A stretch of 63,643 bases of DNA, counting the filler, from Octopus bimaculoides (Eukaryota), in assembly GCF_001194135.2 (NCBI RefSeq). It is 5 parts of 5 records of this genome, joined end to end, with 100 filler letters (N's around TTAATTAATTAA, not from the genome) between each part and the next. Parts side by side here need not be neighbours in the genome. Positions count along the whole stretch, not along the records: positions 1 to 25,473 come from NC_068993.1; 4 more parts are not named here. One strand, written 5' to 3'. The notes beneath the pieces are model-generated. The model saw only the letters and a list, made by a program, of their open reading frames with translations. It did not search any database and had not been told where the DNA came from. Position numbers and translations under genes: made by a program. Shown here in pieces: positions 1 through 12,640 of the stretch. Numbering within the stretch: position 1 is the stretch's first letter; each line of letters opens with the position of its first letter.

Positions 1-250
1 ATATATATATATATATATATACATATATGTATATATATATATAGTTTATTTTGTTAACACACCCATTGAGACGTAGGTGTAACAATTATAGCTCGTAGTA
101 TGAGTTTCGCGAGAGATGCACTGGTACTCTCTTATCCCTACGACAGTCTGAAATGGCCTGAGCGAAACGTACAAGTAGTCATTATTGTTCTCTAAATTAA
201 TGATATGTGCGTGGCATAATGTGTGTATGTGCGCGTATATGTGTGCATGT

Positions 251-286
<36 letters not shown>

Positions 287-820
287 GTAATTACTTTTAA
301 TATCGTGCAAATGCGAAATGAAATGTTAAGAAATTACCCCGACTTTCTTAATGAATTAATTACATTAGGGTAATTAAGGAATATTCCCAGAATCCTATTT
401 GGTACAACTAATCATACACAGCCTCATACCTTCAAAATGTCATTCGACATATTGACAAGATTCTTCTCTAATATCCAACCCTCAAACCTTCCAAATATTC
501 TTTCTCTCCCTTCCTCAACACCTCTTTCTCCTCCTCTCATCCCCTCTCTCTCTCTAACTCACCGCCTTTTTCTGTCACAACTAGTTTCTACACCTCGAAG
601 CCGGTTGATCTTCTTTAACCTCCACTTAGTTACCCCCGACTCAATCATCTCTATTCTCCTCACCACCAATTGTCTTTTCCTATCTCCTAACACCACTCCA
701 TCCCAAAACCCATTCCTTGCACCCCAGAATATCGCCCTCTGGAATCATTTAACTATCACCTTATAAATGTTCAACAGAAAAGTTAACTACATGTATTTTA
801 AAGAGAGCCTTCATACATTA

Positions 821-1035
821 GTGGGAAGCTACGTGGCTTCGGGATTAGGGTTGTTGCACTTATGATCGAAAGATTGTGGTTTCGATTCTTGGATCAGGTG
901 ATGAGATGTGTTCTTGAGCAAATTGCTTCATTTCACGTTGCTCCAGTCAACTCAGCTGGCAAAAATGTGTAATCCTGTGACGGATCGGCGTCTGGTCCCA
1001 GGATGAATATCTACGTCACAAGAACCCAGGAAACC
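821..1035 (+). mobile_element. tRNA-derived CORE-like SINE (family A), degenerate
   Basis: tRNA-like head (gtggcttcgggattagg...ggtttcgattc) then tgtgttcttgagcaaattgcttcatttcacgttgctccag; colinear with 38711-38958 and the reverse complement of 17430-17650. Confidence 0.75.
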
Positions 1036-1318
1036 AACATTATGATTTCAAAGTATATGAAGGAACATTGATCCAACATAAATTAGTATAATGTACTTCG
1101 TCGGAAAGTTTAGTGTTCTTTTTCGGAAAAAAAGAAAAGAATATAGATGTATATATTTTGACTGCAAACGAATTTGAAGAGTGTTTAGCGGTTTCACAGA
1201 TCATCAGTAACTCCACTTCGGCATCTAACCGATGAACAAAGATCTTCAATCGTTACTCTTTTCAAACATATAAAATTTCGTGATCCAGTATTCCTCTATC
1301 ATTATTATATAATGTACA

Positions 1319-1514
1319 AAGGCGTTGAGCTGGCAGAATCATTAACATGGCATTTCATCTGTCTTTACATTCTGAGCACAACTTCTGCTGCGGTTGACTT
1401 TGCCATTCATCTCTTCGGAATCGATAAAATAAATACCAGTTGAGCACTGAGATCGATGTAATCGACTGACATACTGCCCCGAAAGTACTGGCCTTGTGCC
1501 AAAAATTTGAAACC
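1319..1514 (+). mobile_element. SINE family B, internally deleted
   Basis: aaggcgttgagctggcagaatc head; gactttgccattcatc...gataaaataaataccag...tcgatgtaatcgact body shared with 18068, 20126, 30995, 31261 and 55299 copies. Confidence 0.8.
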
Positions 1515-2741
1515 TTTGTTATATAGTTTACAATTAGAGGTGGATTTGGCTGCTACTTTTAGCATGTCAGATAAGCTGGTGGAAATGTCATACATGCACC
1601 CAACTCCTATACGGGACTTTATTTATTTATTTATGTATTTATTTATCTATTGAACGAGTTATATACATGGCATGTACGCTGTTCTTGTTGTTACTGGTAC
1701 TGCTGCTGTTGACCTAAGTTGACATTAATCTAGCAGACCAATGTTCAAAGATAGTGAAACGAGTAACTACCTCGTCTTCTTTACAGGAATGGTGTACACC
1801 CGTTAGAATTGAATACGTGACACAAACGTGTTTATATTTTTAAAGATTTAATATTCTATTCATATTATTATGAAATGCATGAATGCTAAATATTCTAATT
1901 TTTATTTCCATTTGCTAATTGCGGGGTTTCATCTTTCTTTCAAAATGACAAAAAAACATTACTTTTGCTCGTATATCATATATCACGTAAAATTCTAATA
2001 AAAAGAAAGAAGCCCAAAGTAACTCGGTCTTGACGTGTGTCTACATCAATCCCTCTTCTTCACAAACGTTTCCCTACGAAACTAAATCAAAGAATGTTAA
2101 TTATGTAATTTGAGTTATGACAGCCAGAAAAGTAACAAAAAATTATGCGCAATACGATTTATACAGTTGAACTGTGATTTCGTTTTTAATAGGAAATAGG
2201 CGCCAATGGTAGGAGATAAAAACCGCTTGTTATGTGACCGTAATTCTCAGTCTAGTCTCGTCGGAAGCTCCGTGATCTGTGGACGAGTTAATGGAAGGAT
2301 TACTAAAAGCAAAATCCTGGAAGTACAGCAGAGATTTTTATCAAATATAATGAATATCAGACATAAATTGGTAAACGGATGGCTCCAAAAATCTCCTCAT
2401 AAATATGGTAACTGATTTTTGCTTTACTTCTAAGAATCTTCACTTTGAAGAGACGCCGTACATGCTACACTGCATGTTACATATAAAGATATATATAACG
2501 ATCAAAAGACCACTGCCGTTGGGTTTTTTGTGTTTGCTTTTTTTTTTGTTCTTTTTTTACCTTTAATCTTCTATTTTTCATTTGGTTTACTCTCTAGACT
2601 GTGACCATGATATGGCACCGTCTTGAAGAATGTATAGCCAATAGAAACATTAACGGTAGCAATCTCAATACTCTAGACGGTCCTGCGAACGCTGTGAACA
2701 CTGCTTTTTCCCGCAGACCCAGCAACTAAAGAAAAATTATA

Positions 2742-2962
2742 TCTTTTATCTTTTATCTTTTACATGTTTCAGTTATTAGACTGCGGCCATGCTCAAGCAT
2801 CGCCTTAAATAATTTTCAGTGGAATATATCGACCGCAGTACTTATTTTTAATATCTGGTCCATATTCTATCGGTTCTGATGCTGAACGGCTAGATTATAG
2901 GATGTAAACACACCAACACCGGTCGTGAAGCGGTTACAGAGACAAGCACAAAGACACACACA
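2742..2962 (-). mobile_element. SINE family C, 3' half; internal (CA)(TA) tract runs into the gap
   Basis: Matches the tail half of 32847-33251 (tttcagt...gactgcggccatgct...tctatcgg...gctgaac...gtaaacacaccaacaccgg). Confidence 0.75.
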
Positions 2963-2964
2963 TT

Positions 2965-3008
<44 letters not shown>

Positions 3009-3512
3009 NNNNNNNNNNNNNNNNNNNNNNNNNNNNNNNNNNNNNNNNNNNNNNNNNNNNNNNNNNNNNNNNNNNNNNNNNNNNNNNNNNNNNNNNNNNN
3101 NNNNNNNNNNNNNNNNNNNNNNNNNNNNNNNNNNNNNNNNNNNNNNNNNNNNNNNNNNNNNNNNNNNNNNNNNNNNNNNNNNNNNNNNNNNNNNNNNNNN
3201 NNNNNNNNNNNNNNNNNNNNNNNNNNNNNNNNNNNNNNNNNNNNNNNNNNNNNNNNNNNNNNNNNNNNNNNNNNNNNNNNNNNNNNNNNNNNNNNNNNNN
3301 NNNNNNNNNNNNNNNNNNNNNNNNNNNNNNNNNNNNNNNNNNNNNNNNNNNNNNNNNNNNNNNNNNNNNNNNNNNNNNNNNNNNNNNNNNNNNNNNNNNN
3401 NNNNNNNNNNNNNNNNNNNNNNNNNNNNNNNNNNNNNNNNNNNNNNNNNNNNNNNNNNNNNNNNNNNNNNNNNNNNNNNNNTATATATATACGTATATAT
3501 ATGTATATATAT

Positions 3513-3660
3513 ATTTCGTCCGTCTTTATTTTCTGAGTTCAAATTCTGTTGAGGTTGCTTTTGTCTTTCCTCCTTTCGGCTCGACCACTTGAGCACTGCG
3601 GTCAGTGTAAACGACTTCCACCTCCTCCGAACTTGCCGGCCTTGAACCAAAATTGGTAAC
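3513..3660 (+). mobile_element. SINE family B, degenerate partial
   Basis: tttcgtccgtcttt...ctgagttcaaattc...gccggccttgaaccaaaatt matches the family B body and tail. Confidence 0.6.
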
Positions 3661-3871
3661 CAATAATACTGACCACGCGTAAATGTAATATAAATTATAG
3701 ATCATTACTATTTGAACTCAGAACCAAAGAAGACTTATCTTATTCTGCCATCCATATTGATATATGATATGGAAAAGGGACTTAGTATTATTTTCTCTGT
3801 GGATGCTTGCCATCAATCTCATATTTCATCAAATAAATTTATCATAATTCTTTAACCTATTTATTAAATTA

Positions 3872-3945
<74 letters not shown>
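3872..3945. repeat. (ATT)n microsatellite
   Basis: Direct reading. Confidence 0.95.
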
Positions 3946-4570
3946 GTCGCGACTCTTTCCTGTTTATTTTACTTTGTATTAACTATCCCCCACAATCTGT
4001 TTCCCATATTATATAATTTATTAAGATAAGAGAATCAAAGATTTATATATACTCAGCCACTTCCGGTATACCCTCGCTGCTCACTCTTTATTAACCACAG
4101 ATGCATGGTGCACTTTAGTAGACAGACACATGCACTCTTAATATCTTACTAATAAACAAAACATATCTAATCTAATCTCCTAACAAATGTTTCCCTTCAG
4201 CTTCTTTCATGATTATTCGCGGCGACATGGTATCTAAAAAATTGTCAAAACGTAGCAACACCTACTTTTTCTCAACAAATCCATATCATATATATAATTC
4301 AGCCTTCATTATTTGATTACACTGAATTTATCTTTATTATCTTTCATATATTTATATATATATCTGTATAGCTCGTAATTTAGATTTCCGCTTATATACC
4401 TTAAAGTGTGTAACTACTACACATAATCAATCTCACTGTCCACTTTCGGGAAAATATGTGAAGAGATCTGCAAATCGTAATAGTGCTCTTTTGTCTTTTA
4501 TATAAATATACGTCTTCAAAAAGTTCTCCTGAATAATTTCCCACATACGTTGTAACCTGTATACATATAA

Positions 4571-4601
<31 letters not shown>

Positions 4602-4788
4602 TGAGATGTCTTTTCAAAGCCTGGTGGATATTCTGTCGTTTTCCTTTTCCGAACCGCTAGGTTAAGTGCACATAAACAAATGAATACTACTGATTGCAGG
4701 TGGGCAAGTATAAACACAAAGNNNNNNNNNNATATATATATTAATATTTCTAAGTCTCTCTGAAGGAGACTACGGCAGCGGTACTGGA

Positions 4789-4921
4789 TATTAATAGTTA
4801 TCGCCAAGCTAACATAGCAGTCCAGAAAAATAGACAGAATACTGCCTCTTGGAGCTAATCAACAGCAGCATTCGTCCTATTTTTCTGGACTGCCATGTTA
4901 GCTTGACGATAACTATTAATA
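4789..4921. repeat. Fold-back (inverted-repeat) element, MITE-like, 57-bp arms, TA-terminated
   Basis: Arm 4789-4833 is the reverse complement of 4877-4921 with 2 mismatches; inner arms 4837-4845 and 4865-4873 pair with 1 mismatch; 19-nt loop. Confidence 0.85.
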
Positions 4922-6449
4922 TATATATATATATATATGAGATGTCTTTTCAAAGCCTGGTGGATATTCTGTCGTTTTCCTTTTCCGAACCGCTAGGTTA
5001 AGTGCACATAAACAAATGAATACTACTGATTGCAGGTGGGCAAGTATAAACACAAAGATACACCCACAAACACACAAACACACACACACACTCACACACA
5101 CACTCACACACATACAAAACCAGTTGTGTCTCAAACTGCCACTAACTCCAACAACATGGGCCCGTTTGATTTCAGATTCCGCTGTCCAACATGTCAATCA
5201 GTTAATCAATAAATGTCCATCATTAAATAATCCCAAGAGCTAGTATTAACAGTTATAAGATAAGATATTGATGAATACTCGTGGACCAATTTTATGCTAG
5301 ATGCATATCATTGTCCAGTGTTCCCACAATCTCTTTATTTTTGCCTCTGTTGGTAAAACTTAAAGACATTGTATATACAGAGGTTATGGTATGAAAATGC
5401 GCAATAAACCTAAGGTTATGCTAAGAACAGAGCTAATAACATGTAAGTTGGTGTCCACCGTAATTGTTAATAATTTATTTGTAGTAGCATATATGCATTA
5501 GAATTACAATATTTGGATGTCAGTGTATCATCTGATAACTATGGTTTCTACAAGTTACAAGGATGATTTATTCATGAAAGTTTTACTTTCCAACTCACGA
5601 GATTCTACTCCTATTTCAAACTATTTTAAGAATTAATGGATTTCAAGCTTAAAAGATAAACTGTTATTTTTAATAATTGTTTCGATTAAAACATATCTGT
5701 TTTCACATCCACATTATCATGTGTACTTTTTTAGTAATGTTGAATTAATGATGCGTCATTTACAGACACATTTACGAAATATTCTATAAATATTGAACAT
5801 GGATTTACATAGCAAAGTGATGTGCATTAGACATTGAAATATTATATCTGTACTGTAGAACAATTTAATTACTTATATGAGGTCGTCCGTCATTAGCTGT
5901 CCATCACAGGTCGACGTTGACTGTTCTTTTCCGAAGTCTCCGAAAAAACACATTTGGACGGTACGTAGGGCAGTTGGCATTGTCCCTCAAATAGACTCAT
6001 TCTCTGGCCTCTACGCCAAATACCAAGTGGTGTACAAGAGTGCAACGAGCATGGTAGAAGATGACCATGCCCTGTAGTAGCAGATAATTTGCTAGTTGGC
6101 GCCAAGCTGTTGTCTGATGGTATAGAGCTTCCCCTTGGCCGCAATCACCAACAAACCATTAGTCTAGAAATTCCACCGCCTTGTCGGTTACGCAATGTCC
6201 TACTGCCGACGTCTTCAGCGTATCCCTGGCAAGGGAGCCTAAGACGTGACTAGCACTTGGCCAAGGAGCCACTCCAGTCTTCTAACGGAAGGGGCGATTT
6301 ACTCTCCCTCATGCAAGTCTGCCTCTGATCTGGACGCCATACTGTACCATATTTACTTATATAAATGACAACCCTCATATGCTCTCATTATCAAAAAGTA
6401 TTTCGGCCTCTTGTGGCTACATTCCTCTTTGGGCAACGCGAATAATCTT

Positions 6450-6632
6450 AGGTGCTGATATGCTAGTGTAGGTAAGATACTTGTTTTGCAACCACAGGGT
6501 TTCAGGTTCACTCCCACAACGGGAAAGACTTGGGCAAGTGTTTTTCTTTTACTACAGCTACGAGCCGACCAATGCTTTGTGACATAATCTGTTCGCCGGA
6601 AACAGTCTGAAAGCTCGTCATATACAATGCCT
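6450..6632 (+). mobile_element. SINE family C head and CORE-like body
   Basis: gtaggtaag...caaccacaggg...ggttcactcccac...acttgggcaagtgtttt matches the reverse complement of 33100-33251; its tail probably resumes at 7304-7365. Confidence 0.65.
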
Positions 6633-6726
6633 GCAGTCCAACATCTAACAGAAGTAAAAGATAAAAAATAAGCGTGTATAAGGACGGGTAGGTGCAGATG
6701 CATGCGTACACACACACACACGCACG

Positions 6727-6760
<34 letters not shown>

Positions 6761-7232
6761 ATTACGTATGTACAGCTACATGCACACATATTTATATAAT
6801 GCATACGTACAAAAAGGGTTTGCGCAAAGTCACGTTCTATATTGAAACTTGAATAAAATGGTAACAGTATTGTCCAGTAGGAATATTTACTTTGGGCACT
6901 GGAAGTTATTTTGAATTAGCTGAAGAATATCACATCACGAAAATGAATTCCATTTTCATGCTCGTAATGTCAATTTTTTTTCCTAGACTGGTTTCCATGA
7001 CGATTCGTAATGTATATTAGTCTTGAGCTGGTCTAACATTATTTCTCCGTTTCTGGATTGTTGGGAGCTTGTTTATACAAATACTTCATGATTAAAAACA
7101 AAACGCAATTTGTATTTTAAAAGGAGGAATAAACTTTTAACACACCCCGTGTAGGGGTTTGCCTGTCTGTTTGTCTATATGCATGTATGTATGTATGTAT
7201 GTATGTATGTATGTATGTATGGGTATAAATAT

Positions 7233-7303
<71 letters not shown>

Positions 7304-7307
<4 letters not shown>

Positions 7308-7365
7308 TGGTGCTCCAGCATGGCCGCAGTCAAATGACTGAAACAAGTAAAAGAGTAAAAGAGTA
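7304..7365 (+). mobile_element. SINE family C 3' tail
   Basis: aggtggtgctccagcatggccgcagtcaaatgactgaaacaagtaaaagagtaaaagagt is close to the reverse complement of 32847-32906. Confidence 0.8.
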
Positions 7366-7403
7366 TATAAATACATAGAATATAAAGTGCAGACACACAT
7401 GTG

Positions 7404-8212
7404 CGAGAGCTGATCAATAAGTAGCCGTATTGTGGCCTTAGTATCTTAGTAACGGAGCTAAGATATGTGGAGTGAAGCCGCTTGGCTCAGATTGACCTTC
7501 AACTCTGCTTGCATCTGCACTAAGTTTTAACCTTCTGGCTCACATCTGCTGTTTGCAGAAGCGCTTGGAAGGAAGGTGTGTAGCGTGTGATCATCACATT
7601 GACCGTGACAGAGAAAATTATCATGGCGATACCCACACAGAGGCTTACGCAAACCTGTAGAAAGTGTATGGAGAGGACTGCAAAAAATGTCGATATTGGC
7701 GAACATTCTGGGAGACCCGCAACCAGCAGAACTGAGAAAAACATCACAGATGTGCGTGCACCTCTGAGGGGAAATCGTCGTATTATCATCTGTGAGTTAT
7801 CAGAGAATGTGCAAATTAGTTACAGTTCAGGTCAATCCATTTTCATTGAAGATTTGGGTATGAGAAACTGTGCGAAACTGCTTTCAGTTGTCCAAATATA
7901 CACTTGGGTTTCCAGAACGATGAAGACTTTTTGAAAGCATTGTGTGGGCCTCTGAGTAGGTATCACCAAGCGTTTGGGAAAATTTGATGCAGATTCTCTG
8001 CTCACCGTTCCCCGTCATGTTCAATGCGACGGTCACACACTATACACCTTCCTTTCATGCACTGCTGCAAATAGCGGAAGCAAGCTATAACGTTAAAATT
8101 TAGTGCGCATGCACACCACAGTTCAGGGTTATTCTGTACCAAGCGGGTTTATTGTTCGTGCTTTAGCTGCGTTACTATAGCAACAGTCCTGATATTTATT
8201 GATCAGACCACG
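7404..8212 (+). mobile_element. Internally deleted mariner element with both TIRs
   Basis: TIRs cgagagctgatcaataagta and tatttattgatcagaccacg|ta; ORF 7587-7934 has the mariner N-terminal HTH (EHSGRPATSRTEKNITDVR...NRR...EDLGMR); homologous to 59560-59956. Confidence 0.85.
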
Positions 8213-8890
8213 TATATACGTAATTTATATATATATGTGTGTATATGTGCCCATATTTGTTTATAGATATGTATGTATATCTATACACATATATGTATGT
8301 CTTATGTATGTGTATTTCTATCTGTCTATATAATGTATATACATATATATGTATGTATACATGTGTGTGTGTGTGTGTGTTATATGTATATGAGTGTGTG
8401 TGTGTGTGTGTTAGGAAAAACTATATTACAATACATTTCAACACGTCAGGATGAGAGGACAAACGTGGAAAAAAAAAAAACTAAACAAAACAAAAGAAAA
8501 AAAACAGTATTCAGGCTTAAGTGAGACATAAAATCTATATGTAAAATATCGAAAATATTTTAAAATGTGTCAAAATTTAGCGAACTAAATTGAATTGTGA
8601 TATCCGAAAAATTATAAATATAATCTAAAAAGTAAATTATTATATAAAAACAGTTATAACCTACTTTTTTTGTCTGTGTAGTAAAAAAACACAGTTTATT
8701 GTTTTTTTTTTGTTTGTTGGTGACGACGAAATACTTTCAATCATGTCACGCCTATTGTGCTTCGAGTTACAAGTAGTCTTCCCATTCTATAACTGTTTTT
8801 ATAGATATGGGTGTATGTGTCTGAGTATATATGTACGTATGCATATGCGCATGCGTGTATGTGTGTGCGTGTGTGTGCGTGTGGGTGTGT

Positions 8891-9185
8891 AGTGAAAGCG
8901 CGTGGCTTTGTGGCTAGGGTGTTCGGCTTGTGGTCGTAAGGCCTTGAGTTTGATTCCCCGGCTGTACGTTTTGCTCCATTAACAAGAAATTTTGTTTGTC
9001 GTCGTTCCTGTACACGCAGCTACCAAAAATAAGATATAGCTGTAATTGGGAGACGGTAAATCTCTCTGACCACTAAGTTCAGTGTACGAGTGTTTGTGGA
9101 GTACTCAGCCAGTGGTACGGCAATTTTACAAGCCGGCTGTTCGGTGGATTGAAACGAATGGAACCCTAGTCATCGCAAACGATAG
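8891..9185 (+). mobile_element. Degenerate SINE, tRNA head plus family D-like tail
   Basis: gcgcgtggctttgtggctagggtg...gagtttgattcccc head; tgtttgtggagtactcagcc...gctgttc...tggaaccct tail resembles 19800-19900. Confidence 0.55.
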
Positions 9186-9286
9186 AAAGCTAGGTTACGT
9201 GTGCGAGTATGTGTGTGTGTGTATGCATATATGTGTATATATGTATCTCTCTCTCACTCTATATATATATAGATATGTACACTTTT

Positions 9287-9615
9287 ATTCTTTTTATTCT
9301 TTCATTCGTTCCAATCATTTGAATGCAGCCATGCTGGAGCACCACCTTTAGTGTCGAATAAATCGATCCCAGGAGTTATTCTTTGTAAGTCTATTACTTA
9401 TTCTACCGGTCACTTATTGCTGAACCTCAAGTTACGGGGACGCAAACAAACCAACATCGCTTGTCAAGCGATAGTGAAAGGACAATTACACACACACACA
9501 CACACGCATATATATATATATATATATATCCGACGAGCTTCTTTCAGTTTTCGTCTACCAATTCCACTCACAAAGCTTTGATCCGCCACAGTCTACAGTG
9601 GAAGACATTTTTGCT
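9287..9615 (-). mobile_element. SINE family C, head-truncated
   Basis: Colinear with 32849-33165, including the internal (CA)(TA) tract. Confidence 0.8.
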
Positions 9616-11074
9616 TGTGTGTGTGTTTTTGTGTGTGTGTATGTGTGTGTGTGTGAGTGTGATCTTCAAAATGATATTTCAGTGAGTTTAGCACGCATTC
9701 TTTTCATCATCACCATCATCATCGTCGTCGTCGTCATCATTATCATCATGATCATTATCATCATCATCATTATCAACAGTGTCGTCGTCATTTTGCGCCT
9801 GGGTTCCAAGCTGGTGCGTCGAAGGGTCCGGCATGATGCGACGATTTATAATACTCAAGTTTCGTTCGAACGTCAATACCCTTTCTAACATCAGCCTTGA
9901 TAATCTTGTCGTTTTTTTTTGTGTTAGAGCGTATATCGTATCTAGGACTAGCTTATTGACTTTCTGTTCCAGAAAGAATTGGTTTGCAATTATTATCTAT
10001 TTGAGATATTGTATAGAATCTTCTTCGTCTGGACATTGTTATTGCAAGATTCCAATATTTTATATAAAACTATGTCTTATATATATTTTGACGAAGATTA
10101 ACAATATATTGCATAATTCATACCACAAGAAAGAAATAATATCTGGCAGAATGACGACTGTTTCGTAAGGAAAACTTCTTTGCACATCATAAACACCTTC
10201 AGAAGCTGGATAATCTTCTGCCTGATGAGTCCGCAGGCTCGAGACGAATATATATATTTATGGAGCATGTATACGGAATAATGGTCGAGTTGTTAAGAAG
10301 TTTCGCTTGCAATCCTGAATGTTTCAGTTCGATATATTAATGTGATCGCTTGCACATGCGTATTTTGACATAACCCTGTCTGTGAATGAGATTGTTAAAA
10401 GGAAACTGTGTGGAAAACCGTTAATGGATTGTAACTTTAAATCAAAAGCTTAGCCTCGTTACCATTTGTATCACGCTGATTCATTCTGATAGTTATGTCA
10501 AGGCTTGATATATTTTCGAAACAGTCACCAACACCCACAATAATTTAATGAGGCGACTGTTCGGCTGATGGAGCAACTAAACACTTATCTCCGAATAAGA
10601 CGCAGTATCCATCCGCTTACTTGAAAAATTCTCAATACGGTCATTCGATATGCTAAACGTTTGGAGCAAAATTTCCTTCAGATTTTCCCTTGTTGATCTG
10701 TTCCGATACAAGTCGACCTTGGGCTATATAATAAGGACGGCAATAATGGCAACAACAATGACGACGACGACGACAACGACGCGAAACCAAATTGGCGTAA
10801 ATTATGGACGATCCTGATAACATAGCCATTACAACCGAACACTTTAAGGACATACACACACAACCACATTCACACACACACATGCAGACACACACTCGCG
10901 CACACACACTCACGTAAACGTACGTGGGTGTGTGTATCTATACAGACAGATAACTAGACAGGATTGTACATTGTATATATAATATATACATTACATATTT
11001 CAATATGGACGTATGTATATGCACACACACACATACACATACATATATATATACAAGCATATATATATATGTGT

Positions 11075-11128
<54 letters not shown>

Positions 11129-11655
11129 ATATACCTATATATACCTATATATGTACATATATATANNNNNNNNNNNNNNNNNNNNNNNNNNNNNNNNNNN
11201 NNNNNNNNNNNNNNNNNNNNNNNNNNNNNNNNNNNNNNNNNNNNNNNNNNNNNNNNNNNNNNNNNNNNNNNNNNNNNNNNNNNNNNNNNNNNNNNNNNNN
11301 NNNNNNNNNNNNNNNNNNNNNNNNNNNNNNNNNNNNNNNNNNNNNNNNNNNNNNNNNNNNNNNNNNNNNNNNNNNNNNNNNNNNNNNNNNNNNNNNNNNN
11401 NNNNNNNNNNNNNNNNNNNNNNNNNNNNNNNNNNNNNNNNNNNNNNNNNNNNNNNNNNNNNNNNNNNNNNNNNNNNNNNNNNNNNNNNNNNNNNNNNNNN
11501 NNNNNNNNNNNNNNNNNNNNNNNNNNNNNNNNNNNNNNNNNNNNNNNNNNNNNNNNNNNNNNNNNNNNNNNNNNNNNNNNNNNNNNNNNNNNNNNNNNNN
11601 NNNNNNNNNNNNNNNNNNNNNNNNNNNNNNNNNNNNNNNNNNNNNNNNNNNNNNN

Positions 11656-11696
<41 letters not shown>

Positions 11697-12410
11697 AATC
11701 CTGTTTTTTTTTATTTCTTTGTTTGTCTTTAGTCTTTTGTCTTTCGTTACGCAGGCCTTGCATCCCTGCCAACAGACCTATCTGTTAACAACTGTTAGGT
11801 TAACAAGCCTGACTTAAGATCAGGCTCCGTCGAACACTTCAGTTGATTGTAAAGCTATTACTTTCACAGTTTGACATGTCAGCACTTCATTAGATTCTCC
11901 TCATACATATTGTTATTGTTATTTTTTTCTTCTTGTTCTTGTATGCTTGTATTCATGATTTTGTTCTTGCTGTCGTCGTCTTTGTTGGTTTTGTTGTTGT
12001 TGATGTTGTTGTTGGTGGTGGTGTTCGGGCTTCTTCTGTTTTTTTTTTGTATGTTGTTTGTTCGTAGTTTGTTCGTATCGGTACATTTTTTTTCATCTTA
12101 TTCTTAGTCTTGTGATTTCATTTCCACACCATATTTTTTTATGTTTTTTTTTTAAATGTTTTCTTTACGTTTTCGTTTACTTTGAGTTGTTGATGTTGAT
12201 GTTGTAGATGGTGTTGTTGATGTTGTAGATGGTGTTGTTGTTTAGCCCTTAGTCGGTCCTGTGTCAACAGAATTATGCTCCTAAATAATCCAGCCAGGCC
12301 TTTCCCATCTATAATTGCAGACATTGCCTCATTGCACCTCCGTCAGTTGCTATATTGCAGATTTGGGAACGATGCTATTTCTAGTAAATAGAACCAACAC
12401 TTAGAGAGTA

Positions 12411-12640
12411 AGGGAGAGAGAAAGACAGAGAGAGAGAGAGACAGAGAGACAGAGAGAGAGAGACAGAGACAGAGAGAGACATACAGACGGACAGACAGGC
12501 AGACAGACAGAGACAAAGAGAGACAGGCAGACAAACAGACAGACACACAGACAGACAGACACACAGACACACAGACAGACACACAGACACACAGACAGAC
12601 ACACAGACGGATAGACAGACAGACAGAGGGAGAGAGAGTA
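12411..12640. repeat. Compound (GA)/(GACA)/(CACAGA) microsatellite
   Basis: Direct reading. Confidence 0.9.

Noticed and set aside
300-780. LINE ORF2 C-terminal relic (RNIPRILFG...FDILTRFFSNI)
   Set aside because: The resemblance is generic and no zinc-knuckle or RT motif remains.
6804-7152. Mariner-type MITE splitting the SINE C
   Set aside because: Only the right end looks like a TIR (…aacacaccccgtgta); the left match is too weak to support.
12139-12324. Q/H-rich ORF
   Set aside because: Made from a (CAACAT)-type repeat joined to a short dispersed-repeat fragment.
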